From Mytilus californianus (Eukaryota), in the NCBI RefSeq assembly GCF_021869535.1, contig NW_026262745.1, positions 12,772,001-12,836,000 on the forward strand: DNA of 64,000 nt. The letters run 5' to 3'. A model generated the notes under the pieces. It saw nothing but the letters and a program-made list of their open reading frames with translations, was not told where the DNA came from and did not search any database. Below are positions 50,773 to 63,415 of this stretch, piece by piece (position 1 is the stretch's first letter; each line of letters starts with the position of its first letter). Made by a program: the position numbers and the translations under genes.

Positions 50773-53561
50773 TATTAAATTATAAGCCTGGTACCTTTTG
50801 ATAGCTATTATTTGTGTGTGTCTCTGTCCTGTATGTTCTCCCATTTATTTGTATTGTAGTCCTGTGATGTAATCTTGTCATTTTAATGTTATATTTAACA
50901 TTGCCATAAAAGCGGGAGGTTTGGCTAGCCACAAAACCAGGTTCAACCCACCATTTTGTTCTTAAAATGTCATGTACCAAGTCAGGAAAATGGCCATTTG
51001 AAGACCGTACTTTGACCTATAATGGTTTACTTTACAAATTTTGACTTGGATGGAGAGTTGTCTCATTGGCACAAATACCACATCTCCTTATATCTATTGT
51101 TATATTAAAGTTCGTTTCTGTGTGTGTTGCATTTTAGTATTGAGTTTCTGTTGTGTCGTTGTTCTCCTCTTATATTTGATGTGTTTCCCTCAGTTTTAGT
51201 TTGTAACCCGGATTTGTTTTTTTCCCAATCGATTTATGAATTTCAAATAGCGGTATACTACTGTTGCCTTTATTTACCAATTATGTCTTATTGGATTGCT
51301 CACGCAATTTGGTCAATATAAATGGGAAAATAAACAACTGTCATACAAATTGGAGATTTAGCGTTTCATTTTTGTCAGGTTTTAAGTTAATTGACTTCCC
51401 CCTTTTTGAATTTACCTTTGATATCAGTATTTTTTGCTATACTTTTTTCGTATCACTTGGATAGTTTAAAATTACGTACTGCCATGTCATATGCGCATCG
51501 ATAAACTTCTTAGGCAAGTTAACAAATCCATAATTCCAATGGAATACATAGAATTCGCATATTTCCTTTTATTCGGAAGGGATAAATCATGAGAATTCTA
51601 AAAAAAAACCCTAATCAATGTACCAAAAAATGATAAGCGTTGGCTATTCAAATAACACCAGTGTGTCTATAAGGATTTCTATTTACCATAGTCAATGTCA
51701 TCTTTTTTGTAAGAAACAGATAAGTCTAACGATATCAATAAAACATATATGAACAAATATGAATCCAGCGTATATTGTATGTATATAACCAAATAATATA
51801 TACTGCGAGCAGTGCGAGTATTGGAAATCAAACATTTATGACTTCCCGAATAACACAATATTATAATAGTCAGCACTTATGTGTTGGCACGAATCATCAT
51901 TGGTATGATCATGATTATCTATTTACAAAACTTAAATTTTTCGAAATACTAAGGATTTTCTACCCCGGAATATTACCTTAGCTGTATTTGGCAAAACCTT
52001 TCGGAATTTTTGGTCCTCAATGCCCTTCAACTGAATTGTTTATAAACGAAACGAGTGTCTGACGTACAAAATTTTAATCCTGGTATCTATAATGAGTCTA
52101 TTTACTAGATGGCTAAAGTTCATCGCTTCATTTGATCTATACATGTAGTTTACTGCTATTTAAATCTTAACATACATTACTCAAAATGTTTATTTGAGAA
52201 TATATTAAACATTTTGTAACCAATCTCTAGATCAAAATGTAATTTAATACAAAATAAATATAACAAAAGGAAATAAGGGCTTATAGGCTGATAGGACATC
52301 AATTACACGAAACTAAAAAAAAAAACATAACCTCAACATAAAAACCATACGTTTTGTACACAAAATGTACTAATTGTAATGTACCAGACTAGCATTTGGA
52401 CTATCTTCAATGATGTTCGAGGCCAAAATATTTGAAAATCCAACAACTTATACAATCGTTGAAGAGTTTTAATATAATAACCGGACTAAACATGCAGAAA
52501 TGAGAGATGTCATTTTTTTGCGTTTTGTCCTATTTACATCCTAAAATCGGTGTCTGCAGTTCGGAGTAATCTTGAGAGTGCGACGCCATAAATCTTACAG
52601 GAAAACATAACCTGCTGCAGGACCAACACTATTATTTTTGAATGCAGAAATCTCAAAGAAAAGTAATTTAATTTTCAAAAACCACAATACAACATTCTGG
52701 AAACATAAACACTTTGTATAATCCTGTAGGATGAATAAAAACTTCTTTGTTATATAGATGGATGAAAAAAAATCTGAATCAATTGTCACTACACGACTCG
52801 TTCTCATTCTTCTTTTCTCTACCCCTTATCAATATGTAGTGATCTGACAATTTTTTAATACTTATTTTCACCATACAAAATATATTGACTTTCAATTTTA
52901 TGTATCTAGAAAAAGCACCCAAAAAAAAAAAGTAACATCATCTAAATTGTATAATCATAACACAGAAGAGTTGAAAAAAATATAAAACTTTAAATTGAGG
53001 AAACGTATTTTTAAAGTGCACTTGAGGCTGCAATTTTACCCTTGCTTTTTAATTATTAATTATTTGTTTACTATTTTTATAAAATAAACCTCTCAAACCA
53101 AGAGTTCCAAGTGGTGAAGTTGACGTTATCCCTTCGAAAATTTTTACGTTGATTGACGGTTATTGAATATCTGTTCCACAGATACCGACGGATAAGTTGC
53201 AATTATCGTAAGCACAATTCCGTCATCTTTTCCTCAACTGAAATATCACTAAATGAGACTTATCATTGAAGTGGTACTGACATGAGCAAGACCGGTGCCA
53301 CACATTGGACAAGTTATTCTCACCTTCTGGAGCACATGAGATCACTCCCTTTTATATTGGTTGGAATCGTGTTGCTCAGTCTGTAGGTTTCTATGTCGTG
53401 TTTTGTAGACTATTGTTTGTCTTTTTGTCGTTTTTTTGCCAAGGCGTTCTCATTTTGTTTTCCACTTATGAGTTTAAATACTTAGTACCCCTTTGGTATC
53501 TCCCGCATCTCTGTTGTATACAGAATTTTAAAAAACAATAGTTTTGACTGTGAATGATCCC

Positions 53562-55290
53562 TCAACGTTTGCACATATAACATGTCTTCAACTCTGTTCT
53601 GAACTTTACATCAAAATAACTATATATAAAGGGATTAACTATGTGATTGAAAAAAATGAAGTGTGAAAGATACGTCAAAGCAAATGTTTCGCCCTCTGTT
53701 AATGTAATGACATTAAAATCTCCTATTGCATAGGCAAGTATTAAAACTACCAAAGAGGGTAGATATGATAAAATATCGGCGAGAATTATGGCAAAAAACA
53801 TTACGTTTATTCTTTTTTTGACGTTGTCTTTCCTTTTTTTTGAATTGTCAATCGGTGTAATTTCATTGTTTGAAGAAACTATTTCTCCATTTTTTGTGGT
53901 ATTTTTGAAAGATGTTCCATTTTCTACATCACCCGGAGATGGCTTTTTATTAGAGCTAATGTATGAAAGTTCCTTCATTTCATACTTCTCATCAGGTTTT
54001 GAATAGTACTTTGTCATAGCAATTCCGCTTGATTTTATTTGGTTTGATACAAACGTTGGTGTATCGGAATCGATTGAAGTTCAGGTATTTCACATCCAAT
54101 TTTTTATGGAAATATTCTTTATAAAGCACAAAAATGTCAGTATTCACCTCTGAAGCTAACAAAACCTTTAAGGGATATAGTTACGATACTGTTGTCAGGT
54201 CATTAAAGATTGCATATTTTGGCGTTAATATTGATTCACTTATAGGGTCTTTGCATCGGCACTAAACACATTTATTTAAAAACCAGTTGTTGGCATGACA
54301 GGAGCCTCTAGCCTTTGTTAGTCTTGTATTATTTTTAATTTTAGTTTCTTGTGTACAATTTGGAGTTTAGTATGGCGTTCATTATCACAGAACTAGTATA
54401 TATATTTGTTTAGGGGCCAGCTGAAGGACGCCTCCGGGTGCGGAAATTTCTCGCTGCATTGAAGACCTGTTGGTGACCTTCTGCTGTTGTCTGTTCTATG
54501 GTCGGGTTGTTGTCTCTTTGACACATTCCCCATTTCCATTCTCAATTTTATTTGTTGACTGAGAAGCCGATTCCGTATTAGACAACGTATTGTCATCTTG
54601 GTTTATGTAATATTTATTTTTCGACATCCTTCCAGAAAAAGATACATGTATTCTCCTTACAAGAGGAATGAGAAGCACTGCAGTTATTGTGATATTTACC
54701 ACACTGATCAAGCCAAGCAATCCAAAGTACGCTGTAATATTTGATGAATTATCTACAGCATAATATTTACAAATCGTTGTTTTAACTGTATGATTCAGAA
54801 AAAAATCATCTGTGGTTTTAATTCCTGATATTGCTAAAAGCGGTGCAGAATAAAATAACGAAATAAAACAAGCAATTGCAAACGATACCTTTTTCCCAAA
54901 TAATGTCATTTTTGGCCCAAAAGGTTTGCATACCAAAAGGTATCTTTGAACACAAATTACCAATAGAATTTGTCCTGAAAATCCTGCCATGAACGCTTGT
55001 AAAAAGGTCAAAATCCGGCAAACTATGTCACTTGGATAATTATGAAAGAATGTGTTGTCCATTACATAGAACGGGGCACTTACAAAACATCCAACCAAAT
55101 CCACAATGGCCAATAAAGGAATAAAATAACGCGCACCTCGCTCCTTAACTCGAACAAAGTAGAAAAATATAACGACACAGTTTCCAAAAATTCCTATTAT
55201 AGTTCCAATAATGATGAAAATTGAATTGCTAAGATAAATGTCCGAACATCTGTCCCGGAGGACCTCGCCAAAATCAGTATTATTTGTCAT
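53562..55290 (-). pseudogene. Class A (rhodopsin-family) GPCR paralogue interrupted in ICL3 by a 472-bp insertion
   Basis: TM1-5 lie at 54551-55290 (GN, LAIVD, QRY). The rest of ICL3 and TM6-7 lie at 53562-54078 (SYLP, NPFIY). Both parts are stop-free and colinear with 62186-63415. Confidence 0.8.
54079..54550 (+). mobile_element. 5'-truncated, internally deleted copy of the 30681-32120 Penelope-like element
   Basis: 54079-54298 matches the RT C-terminus and 54299-54550 matches the terminal region. About 356 bp (equivalent to 30933-31288) are missing at GGCATGA|CAGGAGCC. Confidence 0.85.
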
Positions 55291-56549
55291 GCTTACTTTT
55301 ATGAATTATTTTGTCCATACATGTGAAGCTTTAATATCTATGTACTATGCATGTCAGTGTTAACATACATTCTCTTTCTTGATGACTGCTATAGACACTG
55401 AGTCAACAATTATGTAAGTATTGGAGTTATCTTTTCAACTTTTTTATCATAAAATTCTGTTCCTCATTGTACTATATGAAAGCGTTGTCAATGTAATAGC
55501 GACTAAAACAATTGTTTAAAGAAATTCTTGTAATGCAATAGCGACTAAAAAAATTGTTTAAAGAAATTCCTGTAATGTAATAGCGAGCAAAACAATAGCT
55601 AAACTTCCTGTTTTTCAACACTACAATATCAAAATAGGTACAAATACATATTTCTGTAGTTACTTCCTGATGCACAGTTGTCGTTAAAGTATAAATCATA
55701 AATTCCCACATGAATTGGGTAGTTCAGAAATCTTTATAAAATAAATACAATGAATACAGGTTTTGTTTTTGTTTTCATACGAATAGTTTGTTCGCATGAC
55801 TACATTTATTTTTTTTTTGTCTGCATTGTTGCTTATATAAAGATAAGAGAATACAAATATTTGATTTTACTCTATATGTGGAAATAAATAACCTCACACG
55901 TTTGATAAGGTATATACATAAAAGGAGTTGGACTATTCATGTATATTCATTGAGTTATCTTCTTTTTAATGAATCGTTCCTTGATGTAAGCTGGTATCTT
56001 AAATATTTTTTTTTGCTTCTGTTCATTACTCATTTTATACTTTATAACTAATGTTGAGGGATACTATCCTCAGCAGTATATCATATTGGTGTATGAGCTT
56101 GCAAATGCGACATGATAAACTGCGAGGGAAAATATCACTCAATGTTGGTGCAATAACCCTTTTATAAAATAGTACAAAATATTTCAGCTCTGAAGCCTGC
56201 AGAAAAAAAGAAATATTCATCTCCGACAGCTTGTTTATGTCATGTTAATAAATTTACTCGGAACATCATTAGTGTGAAACTTTAAGAAGAAAGTATCGAA
56301 TTGGATATGGGTTAATATTAAATATTTTTCTGTTTGGAAATTCTCTACTTTCAATGTATATTTATAACGGAAAATCAGGAAATATTTCGACAAATATTAC
56401 ATTTTTAATTTAAAAAGTAATCTACTTGACATTAAAAGAAATAATCAACAATACTTTTCATTATAAAATTAGAAGAATACGCTATAAATTTATTACTTTG
56501 GGATACCATACGGCATATTTTGTTAATAGTGAGCAAAAATGTAAAGCAT

Positions 56550-57125
56550 TCTAGACAGAGGAACAAGTGATCAGTACGTTGGGGTTTCGTATTGACAACA
56601 TATATGTTGAATTTGGAGGTAGACTTTAACAACAAAATGTCGGCATTACTATTGGCACGAACTGTGCGCCTTTCCTTGTCTTCTTATTTTCATATGAGTC
56701 GGAGTGCCGTCAGAAACTTGTCAAAACATGAAGATCAAAGAAGCCAGAACATTTAATTTCACATTCAGATATATTGATGATGTTCTTTCCATTAACAATC
56801 CAAACTTTTCTGATTGGGTTCCATTAATATATCCTCCAGAACTAGAAATTTAAGAAACAACAGAAACGGCTTCTTCCGCCTCATTTTTAGACTTTTACCT
56901 CGAAATTGACATAAGCGGTCATCTCAGTACCAGAATGTATTACAAATGAGACGATTTCAATTTTAAAATTATCAATTTCCCCACCATAGTAGCAATATAC
57001 CAACTTCACCTGCATATTGGATATACATTTCCCAACTCATTCGATATTTAAGAGCTTGCAGCTGCTACTCAGACTTATCAAACGTCACCAGTTTCTGAGC
57101 AGAAAGTTGATGAACCAGGGTTATG
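56550..57125 (+). mobile_element. Degenerate Penelope-like RT fragment
   Basis: GITIGTNCAP, FRYIDDVLSINN, ASFLDFYL, DDFNFKIINFP and YISQLIRY..AC motifs, with stops and frameshifts. Confidence 0.8.
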
Positions 57126-60100
57126 TCTCAACTTCACAAATAATACATGATGGTCTTGAAATATAGATTCTAGGAACTGACGTTGTTAATCATCTTAATT
57201 ACGTGTTATAGTGTTCCTTTATTTGTCTTTGTAAATAATTAACCTTTACTGTTTAGTCCATTTTTAGTAATAACCTTTTGGCGTGGCTCGGTACTTATAC
57301 ATCTTGCCATTGTGTTATTGTGCTATGGTCATTTTTTGTATTCTTGTATTTCATTTTTGCTTATGTGTTATGTCTATATGCCATTTTGTTTTTCTTTGTT
57401 GACATATTTGTTTTTCTTAGTGTGATTAAGATTATAACACAATGTTGACTGCTGTACCCCTATTTTTGACATTTTTACCTATTATGTCTGTTGGTTTTGT
57501 TCACACATTTTTGTCAATATAATGGAGTTCTATGCGACTGTCATACAAGTGAAAGGTTTAGCTAGCTATAAAACCAGGTTTAATCCACCATTTTCTACAT
57601 AAGGAAATGCCTATACCAAGTCAGGAATGTGACAGTTATTTTCCATTCGTTTGATGTGTTTGATCCTTTGATTATGCTATTTGAGAAGGGACTTTCCGTT
57701 TTGAATTTTCTTTGGAGTTCGGTATTTTTGTTATTTTACTTTTTGCGGATCTTCTGCCTTTTTTTTAATCATCTTTGTCTAATTAGTGATTTGATGATAT
57801 CTCACTTGATACTACATTTACACCTTCGTTTTGAAATGAAGTATTTTTATATTTTCGGTACTGATTTTTGTTCTTTTCAACTCTATGTCGAAAGTCCGCT
57901 ATAATCGCAAAGCTAACGTCAGATCACGTATTAAATTAACGTCTCCATTCTATCGTCGGAAAATACTTTTCTCTGTTTAAGAAAATAAGAAAAAGAAATC
58001 GCTATTTACAGTAGCATAGAAATGTACAGCGCTGTTAACTAAAGCTAAAAGCTGCAAAGTAAGTTATTATTTTACGGTGTTCCATAGTGGAAAATTTAAA
58101 AATGATTTAATGCTTTTTTGGTAAGAAAGGTGTACTCATTCATTTTTATTCCTGCTATTCCCAGTATTAGGCAGGAATGTATAAAAGTAAAGATACAAAA
58201 GAAACCCCATTCCAATTTTGAGTATTACTAGTATGTCAATGTACCAAATTATATGCCAGGTATCTTAGATGAGGTTTTCGATTACCTAGTTTAGCATATA
58301 GATTATATGAAAAGTAATACTATAAACGGTACCAATTTTACTGCACCAGTACGCATTTCGACAATAAATGAAATCAGCAGGGCTTAAATATGCAAGTTAA
58401 TAATCATCCTGTTGGTAGCTGGACAAGATATTTATTGTGTATTTGATTTTATAGGAAATGCCTTTGCGTCTTTATATATATGTAAGAGCCTCGTGCTTTT
58501 CATGCATCACCCGGCATGCGAATCAACCATTAGCCAAACTGTTTATATCGGGAATAGAAAATCGACAAAATTACAGATAAAACGTCTATTCTGGGATCTA
58601 ATCATCAACGTCTTCGACAATATGTCGCTAGAATAATGTAAGAAAACCGAAGAAGAAAAGTATTTTTGCCTATATTTCTATTGTTGAAATTTTAAATATG
58701 GAAAAACGAACATTGGGATTCATAAAATGTTCATCAGTTGGCTTTATTCTTAATGTTACAAACCAAAGTGCGCACATATAGTTAAGATACCTGACAGACG
58801 AAAGTAAAAGACATTCGTTTCCAAGATGATAAAATCTATGACACAAAAGGTTTGAAGGCTGAAAGGCAACGTTGAACTTATATAATTACAAGAGTATGTA
58901 CCTTAATTCCAGGACAAAAGAGAGAGAAAATACCAAAGGAGCAATACAAAATAGAATGGAAAACATATTTGCAAGACTGTCAGAATTCGACAATTGTCTC
59001 GTGTTTTTCTTAAAACGTTCATCGACAAGTTCCAAAACCTATTTGATAAATATTCAGTGTCTACTTCACAAATAGAACAGGATGGTCTTGAGTTATAAAT
59101 TATATTGTATATCAATTTATTTACTTAACAGTTTTCCTTTCAAAATTTGGATTTGTACTATTATGTTCATTTTGGTGGTTTTACTCCTGACTTGACTTGG
59201 TATTTGTGCATCCCTCTATCGTTTTTTTTTTTACTTTGGCCCGCCGTCCCTGATGCGGTTAGGTCTAGAGATACGATTTGGATGCCTAAGGTTTTTATAG
59301 TGTTGTTTTCATATTGTTACTTTTGTATTTATATATTACTTAAATATTACTTTATCGAGAAAGTGTATTCGAACTTACGTTTTACTATTCTGTCTGTACT
59401 ATTAACTACAAACACTTTATTAGTGTGTCTTTTAGGATTTTTATTTATCATAGTCAATGCTATCTTTTTGGAAGAAACAGATAAATCTAACGATATCAGC
59501 AAAATATAAATGAAAAAAATTGAATCCAACGTATAGTGTATGCATACAACGTAATAATATATACTGCGAGCAGTGGTGCGGGTATTTGAAATTGAACATC
59601 TACGACTTCCTGATTAACATAATAGTTCTATAAGATTAAAATTCATCTCTTCATTTGATCTATACAATGTAGTTTACTACAATGTTATCTAAATCTTTAC
59701 AACCATATAATATATAAATTTTAAATGGAAACAAGAATATTACACTTAGCATATATATGGGGGAAAAACTTCGAAATTGCTCAAATCGCTTATTTGAAAT
59801 GAAATTAAACTTTTTGTAACCAATCTGTAGAACGAAACATAATTTTATACAAAATAATAATAACAAAAAAGAAAGAAAAGGTCTTATAGGCTGTTTGGAC
59901 AGCAATTCAACGAAACTAATAACTAAAAAGACATCGATCTCAACATAAAAATCATAAGTTTTATACACAACCGGTACAAATTGTAATGTACCAAACGAGG
60001 ATTTGGGACAATGGCGTATCTTCAGTAATCTTAGAGGCCAACATATTTAAAAATCCAACAGCTTAAACAAACATTGTAAAGTTTTGGTCACTCTTTTTAC

Positions 60101-60544
60101 ACATGCACACACAAATTAAGGAAAATATTTTTTACATTTAATCTTATCTGCACTCTTAAATTGGTTTCTGAAGTTCGGAGTAATCTGGAGACAGTAACGC
60201 CATAAATCTTACAGGAATATATAACCTGTTGCAGACCCAAACATAATTTATTTAATTCAAAATGTAAGTCTTGATTGAAAAAAACACACAAAAAACAATA
60301 AACAGCTCTGGAAATATAACCAATTTGTATGTTCCTGTAAGATTGATAATAACTTCTTTGTTTATAGCTGGATCAAACAAATTCTGAACCAATTTTAATT
60401 ACACGATTCGATCTCATTCTTCTTTTTCCATTACCCCTAATCAATATGTAGTTATCTGACAATTTTTTAATAATTATTTTCACCGTACAAAATATATTGA
60501 CTTTCAATTTCATGTAGCCAGGAAAAGCATAAAAAAAACGACAA

Positions 60545-61430
60545 ATCAATTTAGAAACGATTCTGGTAAACTTATCGATCCTTTAAATAAACTTATTCTA
60601 AAAGGTTACCAATTCAACACTGTAATTAAATCTTTGAATATTGTTTTTATTGGTATTAATATTGATTTTGATATCAGTAAATTAAAAGCTAACTTAATAA
60701 TATTATTATATACCTATGCACATTCATGGATCTACAATATGTCGGTACCTGTATCTTGGCATTGCACAATGTCATGTTTTTCTCTGACTGTTTATGACGT
60801 CTTTACACTAAATCCATTGGATGTTGGATGTGTAATGATTGATAATTTAGTCTTAGATGCATGATTGTTTTATTAGTTGTTATTGGCTTTGAACTAGCTG
60901 TCAGTAACTGCGAGTACTCTCAGATCTGTACTTAGTGTCTTTTTGTTGTTGGGATGTACAAGTACCCAGCCACGTCCACTCCGTGTTTTTGTTAGATGTA
61001 TTTCTATTTGTATCCATCTGATGAGGTAAGCCTTTTTCAACTGATTTTTATAGTTCGTACATATGTTGTACCGTTACATCACTGTCCCAGGTTAGGGGAG
61101 GGTTGGCGCCTTCAAACTAGTTTAACCCCGCCACTTTCTGTATGTATGTGCCTGTCCAAATCAATAGCCTGTATTTCAGTGCTTGTCGTTTGTTAATGTG
61201 ATACATATTTATTTTTCGTTCATTTTTTTGTTCATAAATTAGGCTGTTAGTTTTCTCGTTTGAATTGTTTTACATTTGTCATTTCGGGGCTTTTTATAGC
61301 TGACTATGCGGTATGGGCTTTGCTCATTGTTGAAGGCCGTACCGTGACCTATAGTTGTTAATTTCTGTGTCAGTTGGTCTCATGTGAACAGTTGTCTCAT
61401 TGGCAATCATACCACATCCTCTTTTTTATA
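60545..61430 (+). mobile_element. 3' end of another Penelope-like family (present only in duplication unit 2)
   Basis: KLIDPLNKLILKGYQFNTVIKSLNIVFIGINIDFDISKLKAN parallels the C-terminus of the 31322 ORF. It ends GTTGTCTCATTGGCAATCATACCACATCCTCTTTTT and is absent at the homologous site (~52925). Confidence 0.75.
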
Positions 61431-61560
61431 AATACTTTATCTAAATTGTATTATTACATGTATAACACATAACAATTGCAAAAAATATAAAACTGTTATA
61501 TTTTTTCAACAATGCTCTTCAACTTTGTACTTGTTTGGCTTTATACCTATTTTGATCTGA

Positions 61561-61604
61561 GCGTCACTGATGAGTCTTAGGTAGACGAAACGCGCGTCTG
61601 GCGT
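61561..61604 (+). ncRNA. Type I hammerhead ribozyme, canonical core
   Basis: GCGTCA-CTGATGA-GTCT(TAGGT)AGAC-GAA-AC-GCGC-GT-C-TGGCGT. Stems I and II are intact, stem III is palindromic (ACGCGCGT), and the GUC cleavage site is after 61598. Confidence 0.85.
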
Positions 61605-62185
61605 ATTAGATTATAATCCTGTTACCTTTGATAACTATTAGTTGAGGAAACGTATCTTTTAAGTGCATTCGAGGTTGTAATTAAACCCATGCTTTTCAAC
61701 TATCAATAATGCGTTTACTATTTTTATTATAATAAACTTCTTAGAGTCTTTTAAAGTAGTGAAGTTGATTTTATTCCTTCGAAAAATTTTACAAACGCCA
61801 TTACGATTTGCTTGAACGACAGATAAGATTAAGTTATCGTAAGCACAATTTCGTCATTTTTTCCTCGAATGTAATATGACTGAAGGAGACTTATCCAAGT
61901 TGTACTTACATTAGAAACACGACCGGTGCAACATGTGGGGCACGTTATTCCTACCCTTCCGGAACACATGATATCACTCCTGGTTATTTTGGTTGGGTCC
62001 GTTTTGCTCAGTCTTTAGTTTGTCGTATTTTGTAGACTAGTGCTTGTCTTTTCGTCGTTTTTCGTTTTTTGCCAAGGCGTTGGCAGTTTGTCTCTCACTT
62101 ATGAATTTGAATGACCCTTTGGTATCTTCCACCTCTCTTTAATAGATTGAATTCTTAAAATTAAGTTTTAACTGTTACTGATCAC

Positions 62186-63415
62186 TTAACGTTTGCACAT
62201 GAAACTTGTCTTCAATTCAGTTCTAAACTTTACATCGAAATAACTATATATAAAGGGATTCACTATGTGGTTAAGAAAAACGAGGCGTGAAAGATATGTC
62301 CAGGCAATTGTTTCGCTCTCTGTAAATGATATGAAATTAAAATCTCTTATTGCATAGGCAAGTATTAAAAGAATCACAGAGGGTAGATATGATAAAATAT
62401 AGGCGAGAATTATGACAAAAAACATTACTGTTATTCTTCTTTTTGCGAAGTCGTTTCTAGTTTTTGAAATGCCCTCCGGTTGAAGTTCGTTGTTCGCAGC
62501 CACTATTTCTTTAGATTTGGTGGTATTATTGAAAGATGTATCATATGCACCACCATCCGGAGAGGGCTCTTTATTAGGGTAATTGTTAAAACATGCCTTC
62601 TCATCGGGCTTAGAATCATGATCCGTCGCCTGAATTCCGCTTTTTGTTGTTGAGTTTGATAAAGTTTTTGTATTGGATTCGATGGAACTTGTTGACCGAG
62701 ATAACGATTCAGTATTAGATGATATTTTCCGGTGGCGGTCATCTTTCACAATCTTTCCAGACAAAACGACTTGTATTCTACTTAGAACTGGAATATAGAG
62801 CGCTGCAGTAATTGTAATATTAGCCACCATGATTAAACCAAGAAAACCGAAGTAAGCTGATATTTTTGTTGAAGAATCTACGGCATAAAATTTACAAATC
62901 GTTGTTTCCACTGTATGATTCAGAAAATGTTCATGTGTGGTTTTATTTCCTGATAATCCTATAAGCGGTATAGAATAAACAAATGAAAACACACAAGCAA
63001 GTGCAAACGACATCTTTTTCCAAAATAGTGTCATTTTTGGCCCATAAGGTTTGCATACTAAAAGGTATCTTTGAAAACAAATTACCAATAGAATATGCCC
63101 AGACAATCCGGAAATGAACACTTGTAAAAATGTCAGAATCCTACAAACTATGTCACTTGGATAATTATAAAAGAATGTGTTGTGCATTATAATGAACGGG
63201 GAACTTGCTAAGCATGCAAACAAATCAACTATGGCCAACAGAGGAATAAAATAACGCTCACCTCGCTCCTTAATTCGAACCAAGTAGAAAAATATTACGG
63301 TAAAGTTTCCAAAAAATCCTATAACCGTGCCTATAACGATTAAAACTGTATTGCTAAGATAAATTTCCAAATCTCTGTTCCGGAGGACTTCGCCATAATC
63401 AGTAATATTTATCAT
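62186..63415 (-). CDS. Single-exon class A GPCR (orphan, neuropeptide-receptor-like), 409 aa
   Basis: Seven hydrophobic segments: GN (TM1), LAIVD (TM2), Cys at the top of TM3 and in ECL2, QRY at the DRY position, a long Ser/Thr-rich ICL3, SYLP (TM6) and NPFIY (TM7). Confidence 0.92.
   Translation of the reverse strand: MINITDYGEVLRNRDLEIYLSNTVLIVIGTVIGFFGNFTVIFFYLVRIKERGERYFIPLLAIVDLFACLASSPFIIMHNTFFYNYPSDIVCRILTFLQVFISGLSGHILLVICFQRYLLVCKPYGPKMTLFWKKMSFALACVFSFVYSIPLIGLSGNKTTHEHFLNHTVETTICKFYAVDSSTKISAYFGFLGLIMVANITITAALYIPVLSRIQVVLSGKIVKDDRHRKISSNTESLSRSTSSIESNTKTLSNSTTKSGIQATDHDSKPDEKACFNNYPNKEPSPDGGAYDTSFNNTTKSKEIVAANNELQPEGISKTRNDFAKRRITVMFFVIILAYILSYLPSVILLILAYAIRDFNFISFTESETIAWTYLSRLVFLNHIVNPFIYSYFDVKFRTELKTSFMCKR

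Larger units (their letters stand above)
49390..55900. repeat. Segmental duplication unit 1 (paralogous to ~58545-63950)
   Basis: Colinear blocks: 49390-49930 ~ 58545-59100; 51670-51860 ~ 59440-59620; 52150-52920 ~ 59645-60530; 53010-55900 ~ 61645-63950. Confidence 0.85.

Noticed and set aside
54079-54170. Possible removal of the GPCR insertion by cryptic splicing (good acceptor GTTAGCTTCAG on the minus strand at ~54150)
   Set aside because: The downstream GPCR frame has an in-frame TGA (54082-54084) between that acceptor and the resumed coding sequence, and there is no strong donor near 54550.
56900-56970. In-frame TGA in a PLE RT fragment as possible selenocysteine (some clam Naiads encode selenoproteins)
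   Set aside because: The TGA sits at the conserved Arg of YDKRDD (CGA to TGA decay), the fragment also has TAA stops and frameshifts, and the intact ORF at 31322 has no in-frame TGA.
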